DNA of 42,408 nucleotides from an uncultured Bacilli bacterium (GCA_944371445.1 CALVXR010000034.1:1-42408), one strand, 5' to 3'; positions 17,070 through 26,929 are shown, counted from the stretch's first letter. The notes: generated by a model not told the origin, from the sequence alone. Numbers and translations: made by a program.

Positions 17070-18365
17070 ATGAATTTATATTTAGAGTGTATTGATGAAG
17101 TATCATATAAATTATTAGATGATATGGTAAAAAAAGGTGATTTAAAAAATTATAGTGAGTTATTTAATATTATAAAAGAAACTAGAAAATTTCTTATAGA
17201 AAAAAAAGATTATAACGTTGATGATCTAATAAAAAGTATTACAGAAGAATTGGTTCTTAAAACTAGTGAAGTAGTTGATAAGGACTATGCCCCAGGTATA
17301 AGTACAAGTATTAAACTTGCTAATAGTTTGGAAGTGGATATCTATGATGGAAAAACATCATTAGGATCTGATGCTAAAAATATCGATAGTACTGTTAGAT
17401 TTGATTTAGCTAGTATAACAAAATTGTTTACGGCAATTTTAATTTTAAAAGAATCTGAACTGGGTAATCTAGATTTAAATAAAACTATTAGATCATTAAA
17501 TCCAGAATTTAAACAAGATGTTAAATTAATAGAAGCTTTAACATTTTGTCATAATTTTAGAACAGATGGTAGAATAGATGAATGTGTAAATGAAATAGAA
17601 GCTTTAGAAAAATTGAAAAATGCTAAAGTGACTGAAAGTGGTATCCATTTATATAGTGATATACCATATATGATTGCTAAAGAATTAATAGAAAATAAAA
17701 ATGAAAAATTTGATAGATATTTTAAAGAAATATTAGGATTAAATAACACAGGATATGATATAGGAAATTCTGTTATTACAGGGGGACTTCCAAATTCAAA
17801 ATGTGTACACGATCCTAAAGCAAAAATTATAAAAAATGCAGGTCATGCTGGTATATTTTCAACTGGTGAAGATTTAATGAAATTATTCGATGGATTATAT
17901 AATGAAAAACTTATATCTAAAAAAAGTATTAACAAATTATCAACACCAATTTACGAAGGAGATTACATAAAAGATAGTGATGGAAACATTAAACTATTTT
18001 CAAGTGGTAATGATGATTCATATAGAGAGGATCCAATGTGGATTACTAGAGGGATGATGTATAAAAAACATCCAAGAGGACTAGATATTACTGAAGTGCT
18101 TAATTATCAAAGTACTAGTGCTTTCGCATCTACTGGATTTACCGGTACTTGGTTAAATTTCGATGTAGAAAATGGATTTGCATCATCTATATTAACTAAT
18201 CCATTATCTGGAAATGGTAAAATAAAAGGATATGTATGGGCATTAGATTCTATTAAAGAAACTAGTATAAGCACATGTATAAAACTAAATATAATAAAAA
18301 CAGTTTTTGAAAAATATTACGAAAAAACAAATGGATTTGATAAAAAATATCAATATAAAAAATAG
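17070..18365 (+). CDS. Beta-lactamase-fold serine hydrolase
   Basis: SITK (SxxK) motif, a later YSD, and an FTGT triad-like motif, preceded by an extra N-terminal region of about 90 aa. Confidence 0.7.
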   Translation: MNLYLECIDEVSYKLLDDMVKKGDLKNYSELFNIIKETRKFLIEKKDYNVDDLIKSITEELVLKTSEVVDKDYAPGISTSIKLANSLEVDIYDGKTSLGSDAKNIDSTVRFDLASITKLFTAILILKESELGNLDLNKTIRSLNPEFKQDVKLIEALTFCHNFRTDGRIDECVNEIEALEKLKNAKVTESGIHLYSDIPYMIAKELIENKNEKFDRYFKEILGLNNTGYDIGNSVITGGLPNSKCVHDPKAKIIKNAGHAGIFSTGEDLMKLFDGLYNEKLISKKSINKLSTPIYEGDYIKDSDGNIKLFSSGNDDSYREDPMWITRGMMYKKHPRGLDITEVLNYQSTSAFASTGFTGTWLNFDVENGFASSILTNPLSGNGKIKGYVWALDSIKETSISTCIKLNIIKTVFEKYYEKTNGFDKKYQYKK

Positions 18366-18368
18366 TTT

Positions 18369-18391
18369 AATAGTTTCAAAACTATTTTTTG
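18369..18391 (+). terminator. Intrinsic terminator
   Basis: AATAGT / ACTATT stem followed by a T-run. Confidence 0.5.
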
Positions 18392-18436
18392 TTTACTTAT
18401 TTTTTGTTAAGTGATAAAATTATATTGGTGATATAA

Positions 18437-19186
18437 ATGGGGTTAGTTTTAACTTTTGTAGTAGGTTTATTTATTTTAATTGGAACTTTAATTGTTTATA
18501 AAACAAAAGATAATGATAGGGTAGTTAATTTTTCAATAAGTTTAGCATTTGGAGTTATAATTACATTAATTATATTAGAAATAATTCCAGAACTATATGA
18601 AATATTTATAAGAAAATTTAATTTAATAAGTGTAATTGTACTTATTATCGCATCAACTATGATAGGAATTGGATTTTTAAAATTATTAGATAAATTTGTT
18701 CCAGATCATCATGAACATGGAAAAACAGAAAAGAAAAAAGAAGAAAATTTGCATCATATAGGAATAGTATCAAGTGTAGCACTTTCTATGCACAACTTAA
18801 TAGAAGGTTTTGCTCTTTATACAGCTGCTATTACTGATATAAAAATGGGGATTATGATGTGTATAGGTATAGGACTTCATAATATTCCAATGGGAATGAT
18901 AGTTACATCTACATTCGTAAAAGGAAATAAAGACAAAAAGAAAATTGCACTTATTTTATTATTTATAACTTTATCAACATTTATAGGTGGATTATTTTCA
19001 CATTTCTTATATGGATATATATCAAACGATATAATAGGAATTTTACTTGGAATTACATTAGGAATGCTACTTTATATAAGTATATTTGAATTACTTCCTA
19101 AAATAAAGAGAACAAAGTATAAAAAAGATACTATTATAGGAATAATAGTAGGAATTTTAGTATTAATAATTAGTACATTATTTTAA
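18437..19186 (+). CDS. ZIP-family divalent metal (zinc) transporter
   Basis: Multi-pass membrane protein with an HHEHG loop and ZIP signature-like HNLIEG and GLHNIPMG motifs. Confidence 0.85.
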   Translation: MGLVLTFVVGLFILIGTLIVYKTKDNDRVVNFSISLAFGVIITLIILEIIPELYEIFIRKFNLISVIVLIIASTMIGIGFLKLLDKFVPDHHEHGKTEKKKEENLHHIGIVSSVALSMHNLIEGFALYTAAITDIKMGIMMCIGIGLHNIPMGMIVTSTFVKGNKDKKKIALILLFITLSTFIGGLFSHFLYGYISNDIIGILLGITLGMLLYISIFELLPKIKRTKYKKDTIIGIIVGILVLIISTLF

Positions 19187-19207
19187 CTAGCGTAAGCTAG
19201 TTTTTTA
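19185..19207 (+). terminator. Intrinsic terminator
   Basis: AACTAGC-GTAA-GCTAGTT followed by a T-run. Confidence 0.7.
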
Positions 19208-19236
19208 TTGACATAAAAATTTGCTTTCTATATAAT
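19208..19236 (+). promoter_or_regulatory. Sigma-A-type promoter
   Basis: TTGACA, 17-nt spacer, TATAAT. Confidence 0.6.
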
Positions 19237-19252
19237 TTATGTAGGTGATACT

Positions 19253-20464
19253 ATGGAGAGAATAATAATGCATATAGATGTAAATAATGCATTTCTATCT
19301 TGGACAGCAGTAGATCTACTTAAAAATGGTAGTAAATATGATATAAGAAATAGTTATGCCGTAATAGGTGGGGATGAAGAGGCTAGAAAAGGAATAGTAG
19401 TAGCTAAATCTAATCCATGCAAAAAACTCGGAATAAAAACAGCTGATACATTATATAGCGCTAGACGTAAATGCCCAGCACTTAGAGTTTTTAAAGCAGA
19501 TTATTTATTATATAAAAAGATGAGTGCTAGTTTATTTAACTATATACTTTCTTATTCTCCAGATATAGAAATACTATCCATAGACGAATGTTTTTTAGAT
19601 TACACAAAAGTAAAAAAATTATATGGGGATCCTATTAAATTTGCTTATAAATTAAAAGATGAAATAAAAGAGAAGTTAGGCTTTACTGTAAATATAGGTA
19701 TAGCTAATAATAAACTATGTGCTAAAATGGCATCTGATTTTGAAAAACCAGATAAAGTACATACTTTATTTCAAAATGAAATTGAAGAAAAAATGTGGCC
19801 TCTTGATGTAGGAAAACTCTATGGTGTCGGTAAAAGAAGCACTGAAAAATTAAAATCACTTAAAATAAATACTATCTATGATTTAGCTCATTCTGATCCT
19901 AATTTACTTTATAAATATTTTAAAAATAATACTTATAAATTTATAGAATCAGCAAATGGAATAAATAATGAAGAAGTTAGAACTGAAAAAGAAAATGTAA
20001 AAGGAATAAGCAACTCAGTAACTTTAGAAAAAGATTATACAAAAATAGAAGATATTAATAAAATTTTGCTAGCTATCTCTGATAATGTGGTAAGAAATCT
20101 TCATAAAGAAGAAAAATATGCAAATGTTGTAGCAGTTTTAATAAAAGATAAATTTTTTAAATCATCTTCACATCAAATCAAACTGAAAAATGCTGTAAAT
20201 ACATCAAAAGATGTATATGAAATAAGCAAAAAATTATTTAAAGAACTTTGGAAAGGTGAACCTATTAGATTAATAGGAATAAGACTTGATAATTTAACAG
20301 AAAAAAATAATTACCAAGTATCATTATTCGAAGATGTAAAAATAATAAAAAAAGATGAAAAATTAGAAAAAACTGTAATGGATTTAAAAAATAAATTTGG
20401 TTCTGGTATTATAAACAAAGGTAGTTTAATAAATAAAAAAATAAATAAAAAATATAATGATTAA
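19253..20464 (+). CDS. dinB: Y-family DNA polymerase IV
   Basis: IMHIDVNNAF, SIDECFLD and IGIANNKLCAKMASD motifs. Confidence 0.9.
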   Translation: MERIIMHIDVNNAFLSWTAVDLLKNGSKYDIRNSYAVIGGDEEARKGIVVAKSNPCKKLGIKTADTLYSARRKCPALRVFKADYLLYKKMSASLFNYILSYSPDIEILSIDECFLDYTKVKKLYGDPIKFAYKLKDEIKEKLGFTVNIGIANNKLCAKMASDFEKPDKVHTLFQNEIEEKMWPLDVGKLYGVGKRSTEKLKSLKINTIYDLAHSDPNLLYKYFKNNTYKFIESANGINNEEVRTEKENVKGISNSVTLEKDYTKIEDINKILLAISDNVVRNLHKEEKYANVVAVLIKDKFFKSSSHQIKLKNAVNTSKDVYEISKKLFKELWKGEPIRLIGIRLDNLTEKNNYQVSLFEDVKIIKKDEKLEKTVMDLKNKFGSGIINKGSLINKKINKKYND

Positions 20465-20504
20465 TTATAAAATATTATTATTTTAATGAAAAGGATGTGG
20501 TCAT

Positions 20505-20795
20505 ATGAACTTTAATGAATACTTGGAAAGAGAACTTCAAAATTATATGGAAGTTATTACAGAAAAAGAACTATTAAATTTAAAAAAGTATTACGAAACA
20601 TACTTAGTCAAAATGCAAATAGAAAGAAATATTTTATTAAATGGAATGAATTCGAGAGCTGATATAGACTATAGTACTTCTTTTGAAAAAGCAGCAATTG
20701 AAAGAATGGAAGCGAAAAATAATCTTGATAATGAATTAAATAAAATTAAAAACAGATTGAAAACACAAGAAGAATATAAAATGAGCAAATGTTAG
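20505..20795 (+). CDS. Hypothetical protein (96 aa, helical/charged)
   Basis: ORF with a weak RBS. I recognise no family. Confidence 0.45.
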   Translation: MNFNEYLERELQNYMEVITEKELLNLKKYYETYLVKMQIERNILLNGMNSRADIDYSTSFEKAAIERMEAKNNLDNELNKIKNRLKTQEEYKMSKC

Positions 20796-20797
20796 TG

Positions 20798-20826
20798 TTG
20801 AAAAATAAAAAAAATAATGGTACAAT
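20798..20826 (+). promoter_or_regulatory. Sigma-A-type promoter
   Basis: TTGAAA, 17-nt spacer, TACAAT. Confidence 0.55.
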
Positions 20827-20855
20827 GATATTGTATTCATAAAGTAGGTGTTTAT

Positions 20856-21098
20856 ATGGATGAAACAAAAAAATACAAATCAGATAATTTTGAGGATGCT
20901 TTGATAGAAGATATGCTTTCAGATGTGCTTGAAATATTAGAAGAAAGAGGATATAAGCCAATAGATCAATTAGTAGGATATTTAATTAGTGGTGATCCGG
21001 GATATATTACAAGTCATAAAGAAGCAAGAAGAAAAATTCAAAAATATGATAGAGAAAAAATATTAGAAGTTATTCTTAAAAATTATTGGGGCAAATAG
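20856..21098 (+). CDS. ireB: IreB-family regulatory phosphoprotein (UPF0297, YrzL-like)
   Basis: ERGYKPIDQLVGYLISGDPGYITSHKEAR motif. Lies upstream of ruvX as in B. subtilis. Confidence 0.8.
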   Translation: MDETKKYKSDNFEDALIEDMLSDVLEILEERGYKPIDQLVGYLISGDPGYITSHKEARRKIQKYDREKILEVILKNYWGK

Positions 21099-21520
21099 TG
21101 CGTTATTTAGGTCTAGATTTAGGAACTAGAACACTTGGAATATCAATTAGTGACTTAACTGCTACTATAGCTACGCCTTATAAGACAATTAGATTTGAGG
21201 AAAGTGACTATGATTCGCTTGTAAAGCCACTTCTTGAAATAATAAAAGAAGAAAACATAAAAGCACTTGTTTTAGGACTTCCTAAAAATATGAATAACAC
21301 ATTAGGTGATAGATCGGTAACTACAATAATGGTAAAAGAAAAATGGGAAAAAGAACTAAATATACCTATATATTTAGAAGATGAAAGACTTAGTACAGTA
21401 TCTGCCCATAATTATATGTTAGAAGCTGATGTATCGAGAAAAAAGAGAAAAAATAAGGTTGATAGTTTAGCTGCTAATATTATACTTCAATCTTATTTAG
21501 ATAAAAAGAAAGGTGAATAA
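21098..21520 (+). CDS. ruvX: Holliday-junction-resolvase-like nuclease RuvX (YqgF)
   Basis: RYLGLDLGTRTLGIS N-terminus. GTG 21098 overlaps the ireB stop. The track start TTG 21086 is the alternative. Confidence 0.85.
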   Translation: MRYLGLDLGTRTLGISISDLTATIATPYKTIRFEESDYDSLVKPLLEIIKEENIKALVLGLPKNMNNTLGDRSVTTIMVKEKWEKELNIPIYLEDERLSTVSAHNYMLEADVSRKKRKNKVDSLAANIILQSYLDKKKGE

Positions 21521-21521
21521 A

Positions 21522-21806
21522 ATGGAAGAAAAAATGACTTTTACAGTAACAGATGAAGAAGGAAATAATATAGAATGTGAAGCTTTATTTACATTTGAAT
21601 CAGACGAAACAGGAAAAAATTATATAGTATATACAGACAATTCAGTAGATGAAGAAGGAAATACAAAAGTGTTCGCATCTATCTATACACCAGATGAAGA
21701 AAATACTATGTTAAAACCAATTGAATCTGATAAAGAATGGAAAATAATTGAAACAATTCTTGAAGAATTACAACAAGAAGCAGATAAGATGGGAGAAAAC
21801 GAGTAA
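21522..21806 (+). CDS. DUF1292 (YrzB-like) protein
   Basis: Acidic small protein with FTVTDEEGN...YIVYTD. AAGGTGA RBS 5 nt before ATG 21522. Conserved position. Confidence 0.75.
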   Translation: MEEKMTFTVTDEEGNNIECEALFTFESDETGKNYIVYTDNSVDEEGNTKVFASIYTPDEENTMLKPIESDKEWKIIETILEELQQEADKMGENE

Positions 21807-21824
21807 TAATTACTCGCTTTTTTA
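21800..21824 (+). terminator. Hairpin plus T-run
   Basis: CGAGTAA-TAA-TTACTCG followed by CTTTTTT. Confidence 0.5.
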
Positions 21825-21831
21825 GGTATTT

Positions 21832-22890
21832 ATGAAGAAGTTAGCTTTAATAATTACAATAATTACAGTTTTGGTTTTAACTTTAATAACTATAGGAATA
21901 TATTCTTATTTAGATTCTCCAGTTGGAGGAAATAAAATAATCCAAATAGAAGTTAAAGAAGGAGATAGCTTTAATACTTTAGAAAAAAAATTAATAGAAA
22001 ATAATGCTATAAAATCTCCAATCTTTTATAAAATAAAATTAAAATTAAATGGAGTACATAAATTAGAAACAGGTTTATATGAAATTAATACTAATATGAC
22101 TACTAGTAAAATAATTGATATTTTATCTGGAAAGCCAAATGCTAAACCAGTTAGAATAACATTTAAAGAAGGAAGAAATATGCGCTATATAGCTTCTACT
22201 ATTTCTAAAAATTTAAGTATTACCGAAGATGAAGTGTATGATAAATTAAAAGACAAAACCTATTTAGATAAGCTAAAAAAAGAATATTGGTTTATTAAAG
22301 ACGAAATAGAAAATGAAGAGATATATTATTCTTTAGAAGGTTATTTATACCCTGATACATATGAATTTTCAGGTTCAGCAAGTATAGAAGATGTATTTAA
22401 AAAAATGCTTGATAATATGGAAAATAAACTAAATATCTATAAAAAAGAAATTGAAAATAGTACATATTCTGTTCATGAATTATTAACACTTGCATCAATG
22501 ATTGAACTTGAAGCTACTACTGAAAGTGATAGACAAGGTGTAGCTAGTGTTTTTTATAACAGACTTAAAAGTAAAATGTCTTTAGGATCTGATGTTACAA
22601 CATATTATGCTGCTAAAGTAGATATGGGTGAACGCGATTTGTATAAGTCAGAATTAAATGATTATAATGCTTATAATACTAGACATCCTAATATGGCCGG
22701 AAAACTTCCGGTAGGACCTATATGTAATCCATCACTTACTTCTATAAAAGCTACTTTATATCCTACTATAAGTTCAAACTATTATTTTGTAGCAGATAAA
22801 AATAAAAAAGTATATTTTACTAAAAATAGCAAAGAACATAATAATGTAATAGCACAGTTAAAGAAAGATGGTTTATGGTACACTTATTAG
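21832..22890 (+). CDS. mltG: Endolytic murein transglycosylase MltG (YceG-like)
   Basis: N-terminal TM helix, LysM-like region, and a YceG core (LTLASMIELEA, VFYNRL). Confidence 0.9.
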   Translation: MKKLALIITIITVLVLTLITIGIYSYLDSPVGGNKIIQIEVKEGDSFNTLEKKLIENNAIKSPIFYKIKLKLNGVHKLETGLYEINTNMTTSKIIDILSGKPNAKPVRITFKEGRNMRYIASTISKNLSITEDEVYDKLKDKTYLDKLKKEYWFIKDEIENEEIYYSLEGYLYPDTYEFSGSASIEDVFKKMLDNMENKLNIYKKEIENSTYSVHELLTLASMIELEATTESDRQGVASVFYNRLKSKMSLGSDVTTYYAAKVDMGERDLYKSELNDYNAYNTRHPNMAGKLPVGPICNPSLTSIKATLYPTISSNYYFVADKNKKVYFTKNSKEHNNVIAQLKKDGLWYTY

Positions 22891-23456
22891 AAATAGAAGA
22901 GTACGCTAAAGAAAATAATATTCCTATAATGCAAAAAGATGGTATAGAATATTTAACTAATTATATAAAAGAAAATAAAGTAAAAAAAATACTTGAAATA
23001 GGAAGTGCTATAGGATATTCTACTATAAAAATGGCGCTTGTTAGTGATGATATTTATGTAACTACAATCGAAAGAGATGAAAAAAGATATTTAAAAGCTA
23101 TTCAAAATATTAAAAAATATAACTTAGAAAATAGAATAACTATTTATTTGAAAGATGCTTTTGATGTAGAATTAGATGATAAATACGATTTGATATTTAT
23201 TGATGCTGCTAAAAGTCAGTATATTAAGTTCTTTGAAAAATTTAAAAAAAATTTAAAAGATAACGGTACTATATTTTCAGATAATTTAGCATTCCATGGT
23301 TTAGTAGAATTAGGAGAAGAAAATATAGATAGTAGAAATGTAAGAGGAATAGTAAGAAAACTTAAAAAATATATAGATTTTTTAAAAAACAACGAAGAAT
23401 TTGAAACTAAATTTATAAGTATAGGTGATGGAATAGGAATCACTACAAAAAAATAA
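22875..23456 (+). CDS. Class I SAM-dependent O-methyltransferase, YrrM/TrmR-like
   Basis: ILEIGSAIGYS SAM motif and DLIFIDAAK. Its position after mltG matches yrrM. Confidence 0.75.
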   Translation: MVHLLEIEEYAKENNIPIMQKDGIEYLTNYIKENKVKKILEIGSAIGYSTIKMALVSDDIYVTTIERDEKRYLKAIQNIKKYNLENRITIYLKDAFDVELDDKYDLIFIDAAKSQYIKFFEKFKKNLKDNGTIFSDNLAFHGLVELGEENIDSRNVRGIVRKLKKYIDFLKNNEEFETKFISIGDGIGITTKK

Positions 23457-23524
23457 AAAACTCTTGCTTTTTTATTTATAAAATGGTATTATATTATAAT
23501 CTTTAAAAAGCAGGGGGGATGTAT

Positions 23525-24103
23525 ATGCAAAGCTTTAGTCAAGAGAACTGTGATAAACTTATGAAAGCTAGAATTATAAATATACATGATTATGCGAATT
23601 TAAAAAATTATTTTAGAAGTTTAGGAGAAAAAAATAATTTAACATCTAAAAGAAAAAGTAAACAAAAAAAAGATTTAATTAAAATTTGGAATGAACATAA
23701 TTTTGATGAAGAATTAAAACCATTATTTTTAAGCAATATTTATATTACAAATGAAAGAGAGTTCTTGTACGCAGTAGAAGAGGCTCTATCATTTGGATGT
23801 AAAAAAGAAGATATACCAAATTACATAAAAGCTAATTATGGAATTCCAAAAGCAGCATATAAATTAAAAATATCAGAAATGAGAGTTTATAGAGAATATT
23901 ATATAAATTATACTGATATGTATAATCAAGTAGAAAGAGTATTAACTAAAACAGATACTCCAAAAGAGATTAGAACAAGAAGCTATAAAGCATTAGGAAA
24001 AGAATTAAATAAATTAGAAGAAGATAAAGTAACTTGTATTAATGAACTAAAAGATAGACAAAAAGTTTATTATTTTGATGAAACTGTAAAAGAAGTAGCA
24101 TAA
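23525..24103 (+). CDS. Hypothetical protein (192 aa)
   Basis: GGGGGG RBS 6 nt before ATG 23525, and its own terminator. I recognise no family. Confidence 0.5.
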   Translation: MQSFSQENCDKLMKARIINIHDYANLKNYFRSLGEKNNLTSKRKSKQKKDLIKIWNEHNFDEELKPLFLSNIYITNEREFLYAVEEALSFGCKKEDIPNYIKANYGIPKAAYKLKISEMRVYREYYINYTDMYNQVERVLTKTDTPKEIRTRSYKALGKELNKLEEDKVTCINELKDRQKVYYFDETVKEVA

Positions 24104-24105
24104 TA

Positions 24106-24126
24106 AAAAGGCCATAGGTCTTTTTT
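24106..24126 (+). terminator. Intrinsic terminator
   Basis: AAAAGGCC-ATA-GGTCTTTT followed by a T-run. Confidence 0.6.
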
Positions 24127-24142
24127 GTTTAAAGGAGAAGTT

Positions 24143-25015
24143 ATGAAAAAAATAATAATACCTAATAATTTAAAACAAATAGAAAAATTAAAAGATAAAA
24201 TAGATGGTATTTTATTACCAGTTAAAAATTTAAGTATTTATTTTGAGAATGAATACAGTATAGAAGATATTATAAAAGTATCAAATACTTATGATATAGA
24301 AGTGTTTGTATCTATTAATAAAAATATTTTTAATAGTGAATTAGAAGACGTAAAAAAAACACTAGAACTAATAAATAAAAGTAAAATAAAAGGTGTTTTT
24401 TACTATGATTTATCTATATTAAGTATTTATAAAGAAAAAGACTATACATTTGATTTAATATGGAATCAAGAACATTTTACAACTAATTATTTTACATCTA
24501 ACTATTATTATAATGAAGGTGTAAAAGGTATTTATTTATCAAATGATATTACAAAAGAAGAAATACTTAATATTAAAGAAAATACAAAACAATATGTAAT
24601 AGTAAATGTACTTGGATATACACCTATGTTTACATCTAGAAGACATTTAGTAAATAACTACTTAAAAACATTTAATTTAAATAAAAGTAATAATTACTAT
24701 TTAGAAAAAAAAGATAAAAGATATAAAATAATAGATGATAAAAATGGTAGTACAGTTTATACTGATTTTATATTAAATAGTATTAAAGAAATAAAAGATT
24801 TTAAAGAAAAAAATATAGAGTATATTTTATTTAATAGTTTTAATATAAAAGAAGATGTTTTTGCTAAAATAATAGATTTAGTATCTGAAATAAATGACAA
24901 TTATGAAAAAATAGAAAGTGAAATTGATAAATTACTTAAAAATACAAATAAAGGTTTTTTATATAATAAAACAATATATGAAGTAAAAAAACAAATAAAG
25001 TATAGAGGTGAGTAG
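24143..25015 (+). CDS. Peptidase U32-family protein, YrrN-like
   Basis: Position and size match yrrN. AAAGGAGAAG RBS before ATG 24143. Confidence 0.65.
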   Translation: MKKIIIPNNLKQIEKLKDKIDGILLPVKNLSIYFENEYSIEDIIKVSNTYDIEVFVSINKNIFNSELEDVKKTLELINKSKIKGVFYYDLSILSIYKEKDYTFDLIWNQEHFTTNYFTSNYYYNEGVKGIYLSNDITKEEILNIKENTKQYVIVNVLGYTPMFTSRRHLVNNYLKTFNLNKSNNYYLEKKDKRYKIIDDKNGSTVYTDFILNSIKEIKDFKEKNIEYILFNSFNIKEDVFAKIIDLVSEINDNYEKIESEIDKLLKNTNKGFLYNKTIYEVKKQIKYRGE

Positions 25016-26215
25016 ATGTATAAACCAGAACTTTTAGCTCCAGCAGGAGATTTAGAAAAATTAAAATGGGCTATTATTTATGGAGCAGATGCTGTATATA
25101 TAGGTGGTCCTTCTTTTGGTCTTAGAGCAAATGCACAGAATTTTACTATAGAAGATATTAAAGAAGGGGTAAAGTTTGCTCATGATAGAAATAGAAAAGT
25201 ATATGTAACAGTAAATATAGCACTTCATAATGAAGAAGGGAAAAAAGTATTAGAATACTTAAAAGAACTAGAGAAAACAGGTATAGATGCTATTATAGTA
25301 AGTGATTTAGCTATTATGGATATAGCTTTAAAAAATACTAAATTAGAAGTACATATATCTACTCAGCAGTCTGTTACAAATAAAGAAAGTGTCAAATATT
25401 TAAAAAATAAAGGAGCAACAAGAATAGTATTAGCTAGAGAAACATCTAAAGAAGATATAAAAGAAATAATAGATAATGTCGATGTTGAGATAGAAACATT
25501 TATTCATGGGGCTATGTGTGCTAGTTATTCAGGTAGATGTGTATTATCTAATTACTTTACTAATAGGGATGCTAATAGAGGTGGATGTAGTCAAATTTGT
25601 AGATGGGATTTTAATTTAGAAGATGAAAATAATAATAAAATAGAAGGAGAAAAACCATTTACATTTTGTACTAAAGATTTATCACTTTTAAAATATATTC
25701 CTGATATGATAGATATGAAAATAACATCATTTAAAATAGAAGGAAGAATGCGCTCTATATATTATATTGCTACTATAGTAGGTATATATAGAAAAGCAAT
25801 AGACGAATATATGAATAATAAAGAAAGTTATAAATATAATAAAGAGTATGAGGCAATTTTAAATAGATGTGCTAATAGAGAAAGCACAGCTCAGTTTTTT
25901 TATGGTATTTATGATGAAACATGCCAGTACTATAATGGCAGAATAGAACTTTCTAATCAAGACTTTTTAGGAGTTGTACTTGATTATGATGAAAAAAAAG
26001 GTTTAGCATTGGTAGAACAAAGAAATTATTTTAAAAAAGGTGATTTAGTGGAAATTTTTTCACCTAATGGTAATATAATAACTTATGAAATAAATGATAT
26101 TTATGATGAGGATAATAACTTAATAGATATAGTTAGACATCCAAAACAAATAGTAAAAATTAAAATAAATAAAACTTTACATAAATATGATTTAATTAGA
26201 ATAAAAAGATATTGA
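25016..26215 (+). CDS. Peptidase U32-family protein, YrrO-like
   Basis: ELLAPAG N-terminus and the U32 signature ETFIHGAMCASYSGRCVLSNY. Confidence 0.85.
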   Translation: MYKPELLAPAGDLEKLKWAIIYGADAVYIGGPSFGLRANAQNFTIEDIKEGVKFAHDRNRKVYVTVNIALHNEEGKKVLEYLKELEKTGIDAIIVSDLAIMDIALKNTKLEVHISTQQSVTNKESVKYLKNKGATRIVLARETSKEDIKEIIDNVDVEIETFIHGAMCASYSGRCVLSNYFTNRDANRGGCSQICRWDFNLEDENNNKIEGEKPFTFCTKDLSLLKYIPDMIDMKITSFKIEGRMRSIYYIATIVGIYRKAIDEYMNNKESYKYNKEYEAILNRCANRESTAQFFYGIYDETCQYYNGRIELSNQDFLGVVLDYDEKKGLALVEQRNYFKKGDLVEIFSPNGNIITYEINDIYDEDNNLIDIVRHPKQIVKIKINKTLHKYDLIRIKRY

Positions 26216-26240
26216 CATTTATATTAAAATAGTGTAATAT
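26212..26240 (+). promoter_or_regulatory. Sigma-A-type promoter of greA
   Basis: TTGACA, 17-nt spacer, TAATAT. Confidence 0.55.
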
Positions 26241-26276
26241 GTGTCTTGTTTTGAATATAAAATAGAGGTGAAAGTT

Positions 26277-26747
26277 ATGTCAAATAAAAAAGAAATTTAT
26301 GTTACAGCTCAAGGTCTTGAAGAATTACAAAAGGAACTTGATTATTTAAAACTTGAAAAAAGACCTGAAGTTATAAATGATCTTAAAGATGCAAGAGCAC
26401 AAGGTGACTTAAGTGAAAATGCTGAATACGATGCTGCTAGACAAGCACAAGCAGAAGTAGAAGGTAGAATTGCTGAACTTGAAGCTATGATGGAAAAAGT
26501 AGTAGTTATTAAAGAAGTCTCTAAAGATAAAGTGTCTATTGGTAATACTGTTACTATAAAATACGTTGATGATGATGAAACAGAAGAATATACTATAGTA
26601 GGTGTTAAAGAAGCTGATCCATTTAATAACAAGATATCTAATGAGTCTCCTATAGCTAAAGCAATTATGGGATTTAAAGCAGGAGAAACTGTAACTGTTG
26701 ATAGTCCTAATGGTAAATATGATGTAGAAATAGTTAGTATTGCGTAA
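26277..26747 (+). CDS. greA: Transcription elongation factor GreA
   Basis: GDLSENAEYDAA motif, 156 aa. AGAGGTGA RBS before ATG 26277; the track start at 26241 is an upstream GTG. Confidence 0.95.
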   Translation: MSNKKEIYVTAQGLEELQKELDYLKLEKRPEVINDLKDARAQGDLSENAEYDAARQAQAEVEGRIAELEAMMEKVVVIKEVSKDKVSIGNTVTIKYVDDDETEEYTIVGVKEADPFNNKISNESPIAKAIMGFKAGETVTVDSPNGKYDVEIVSIA

Positions 26748-26755
26748 TATGTATG

Positions 26756-26775
26756 AAGAGCCAAAGGCTCTTTTT
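26756..26775 (+). terminator. Intrinsic terminator after greA
   Basis: AAGAGCC-AAA-GGCTCTT followed by a T-run. Confidence 0.75.
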
Positions 26776-26812
26776 ATATTAAAAAATGTGAAAATATGTA
26801 AATTAAATTATT

Positions 26813-26839
26813 TTAGCACTCATATATTGACAATGCTAA
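26813..26839 (+). promoter_or_regulatory. CIRCE operator (HrcA site) 1
   Basis: TTAGCACTC-N9-CAATGCTAA against consensus TTAGCACTC-N9-GAGTGCTAA. It overlaps the -35 element. Confidence 0.75.
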
Positions 26840-26855
26840 CATATAATAGTATAAT
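26827..26855 (+). promoter_or_regulatory. Sigma-A promoter of the hrcA operon
   Basis: TTGACA, 17-nt spacer, TATAAT. Both hexamers are perfect. Confidence 0.7.
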
Positions 26856-26859
26856 GACA

Positions 26860-26886
26860 TTAGCACTTGAAAAATACAACTGCTAA
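26860..26886 (+). promoter_or_regulatory. CIRCE operator (HrcA site) 2
   Basis: TTAGCACTT-N9-AACTGCTAA, just downstream of the -10 element. Confidence 0.7.
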
Positions 26887-26929
26887 AAGTTATATAAAGT
26901 GCTAAGTCATAAAAGATAGAGGTGATAAA

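Noticed and set aside
26342-26764. A 140-aa minus-strand ORF covering greA.
   Set aside because: It is a shadow ORF antisense to a highly conserved gene, with low-complexity Ser/Thr/Leu content.
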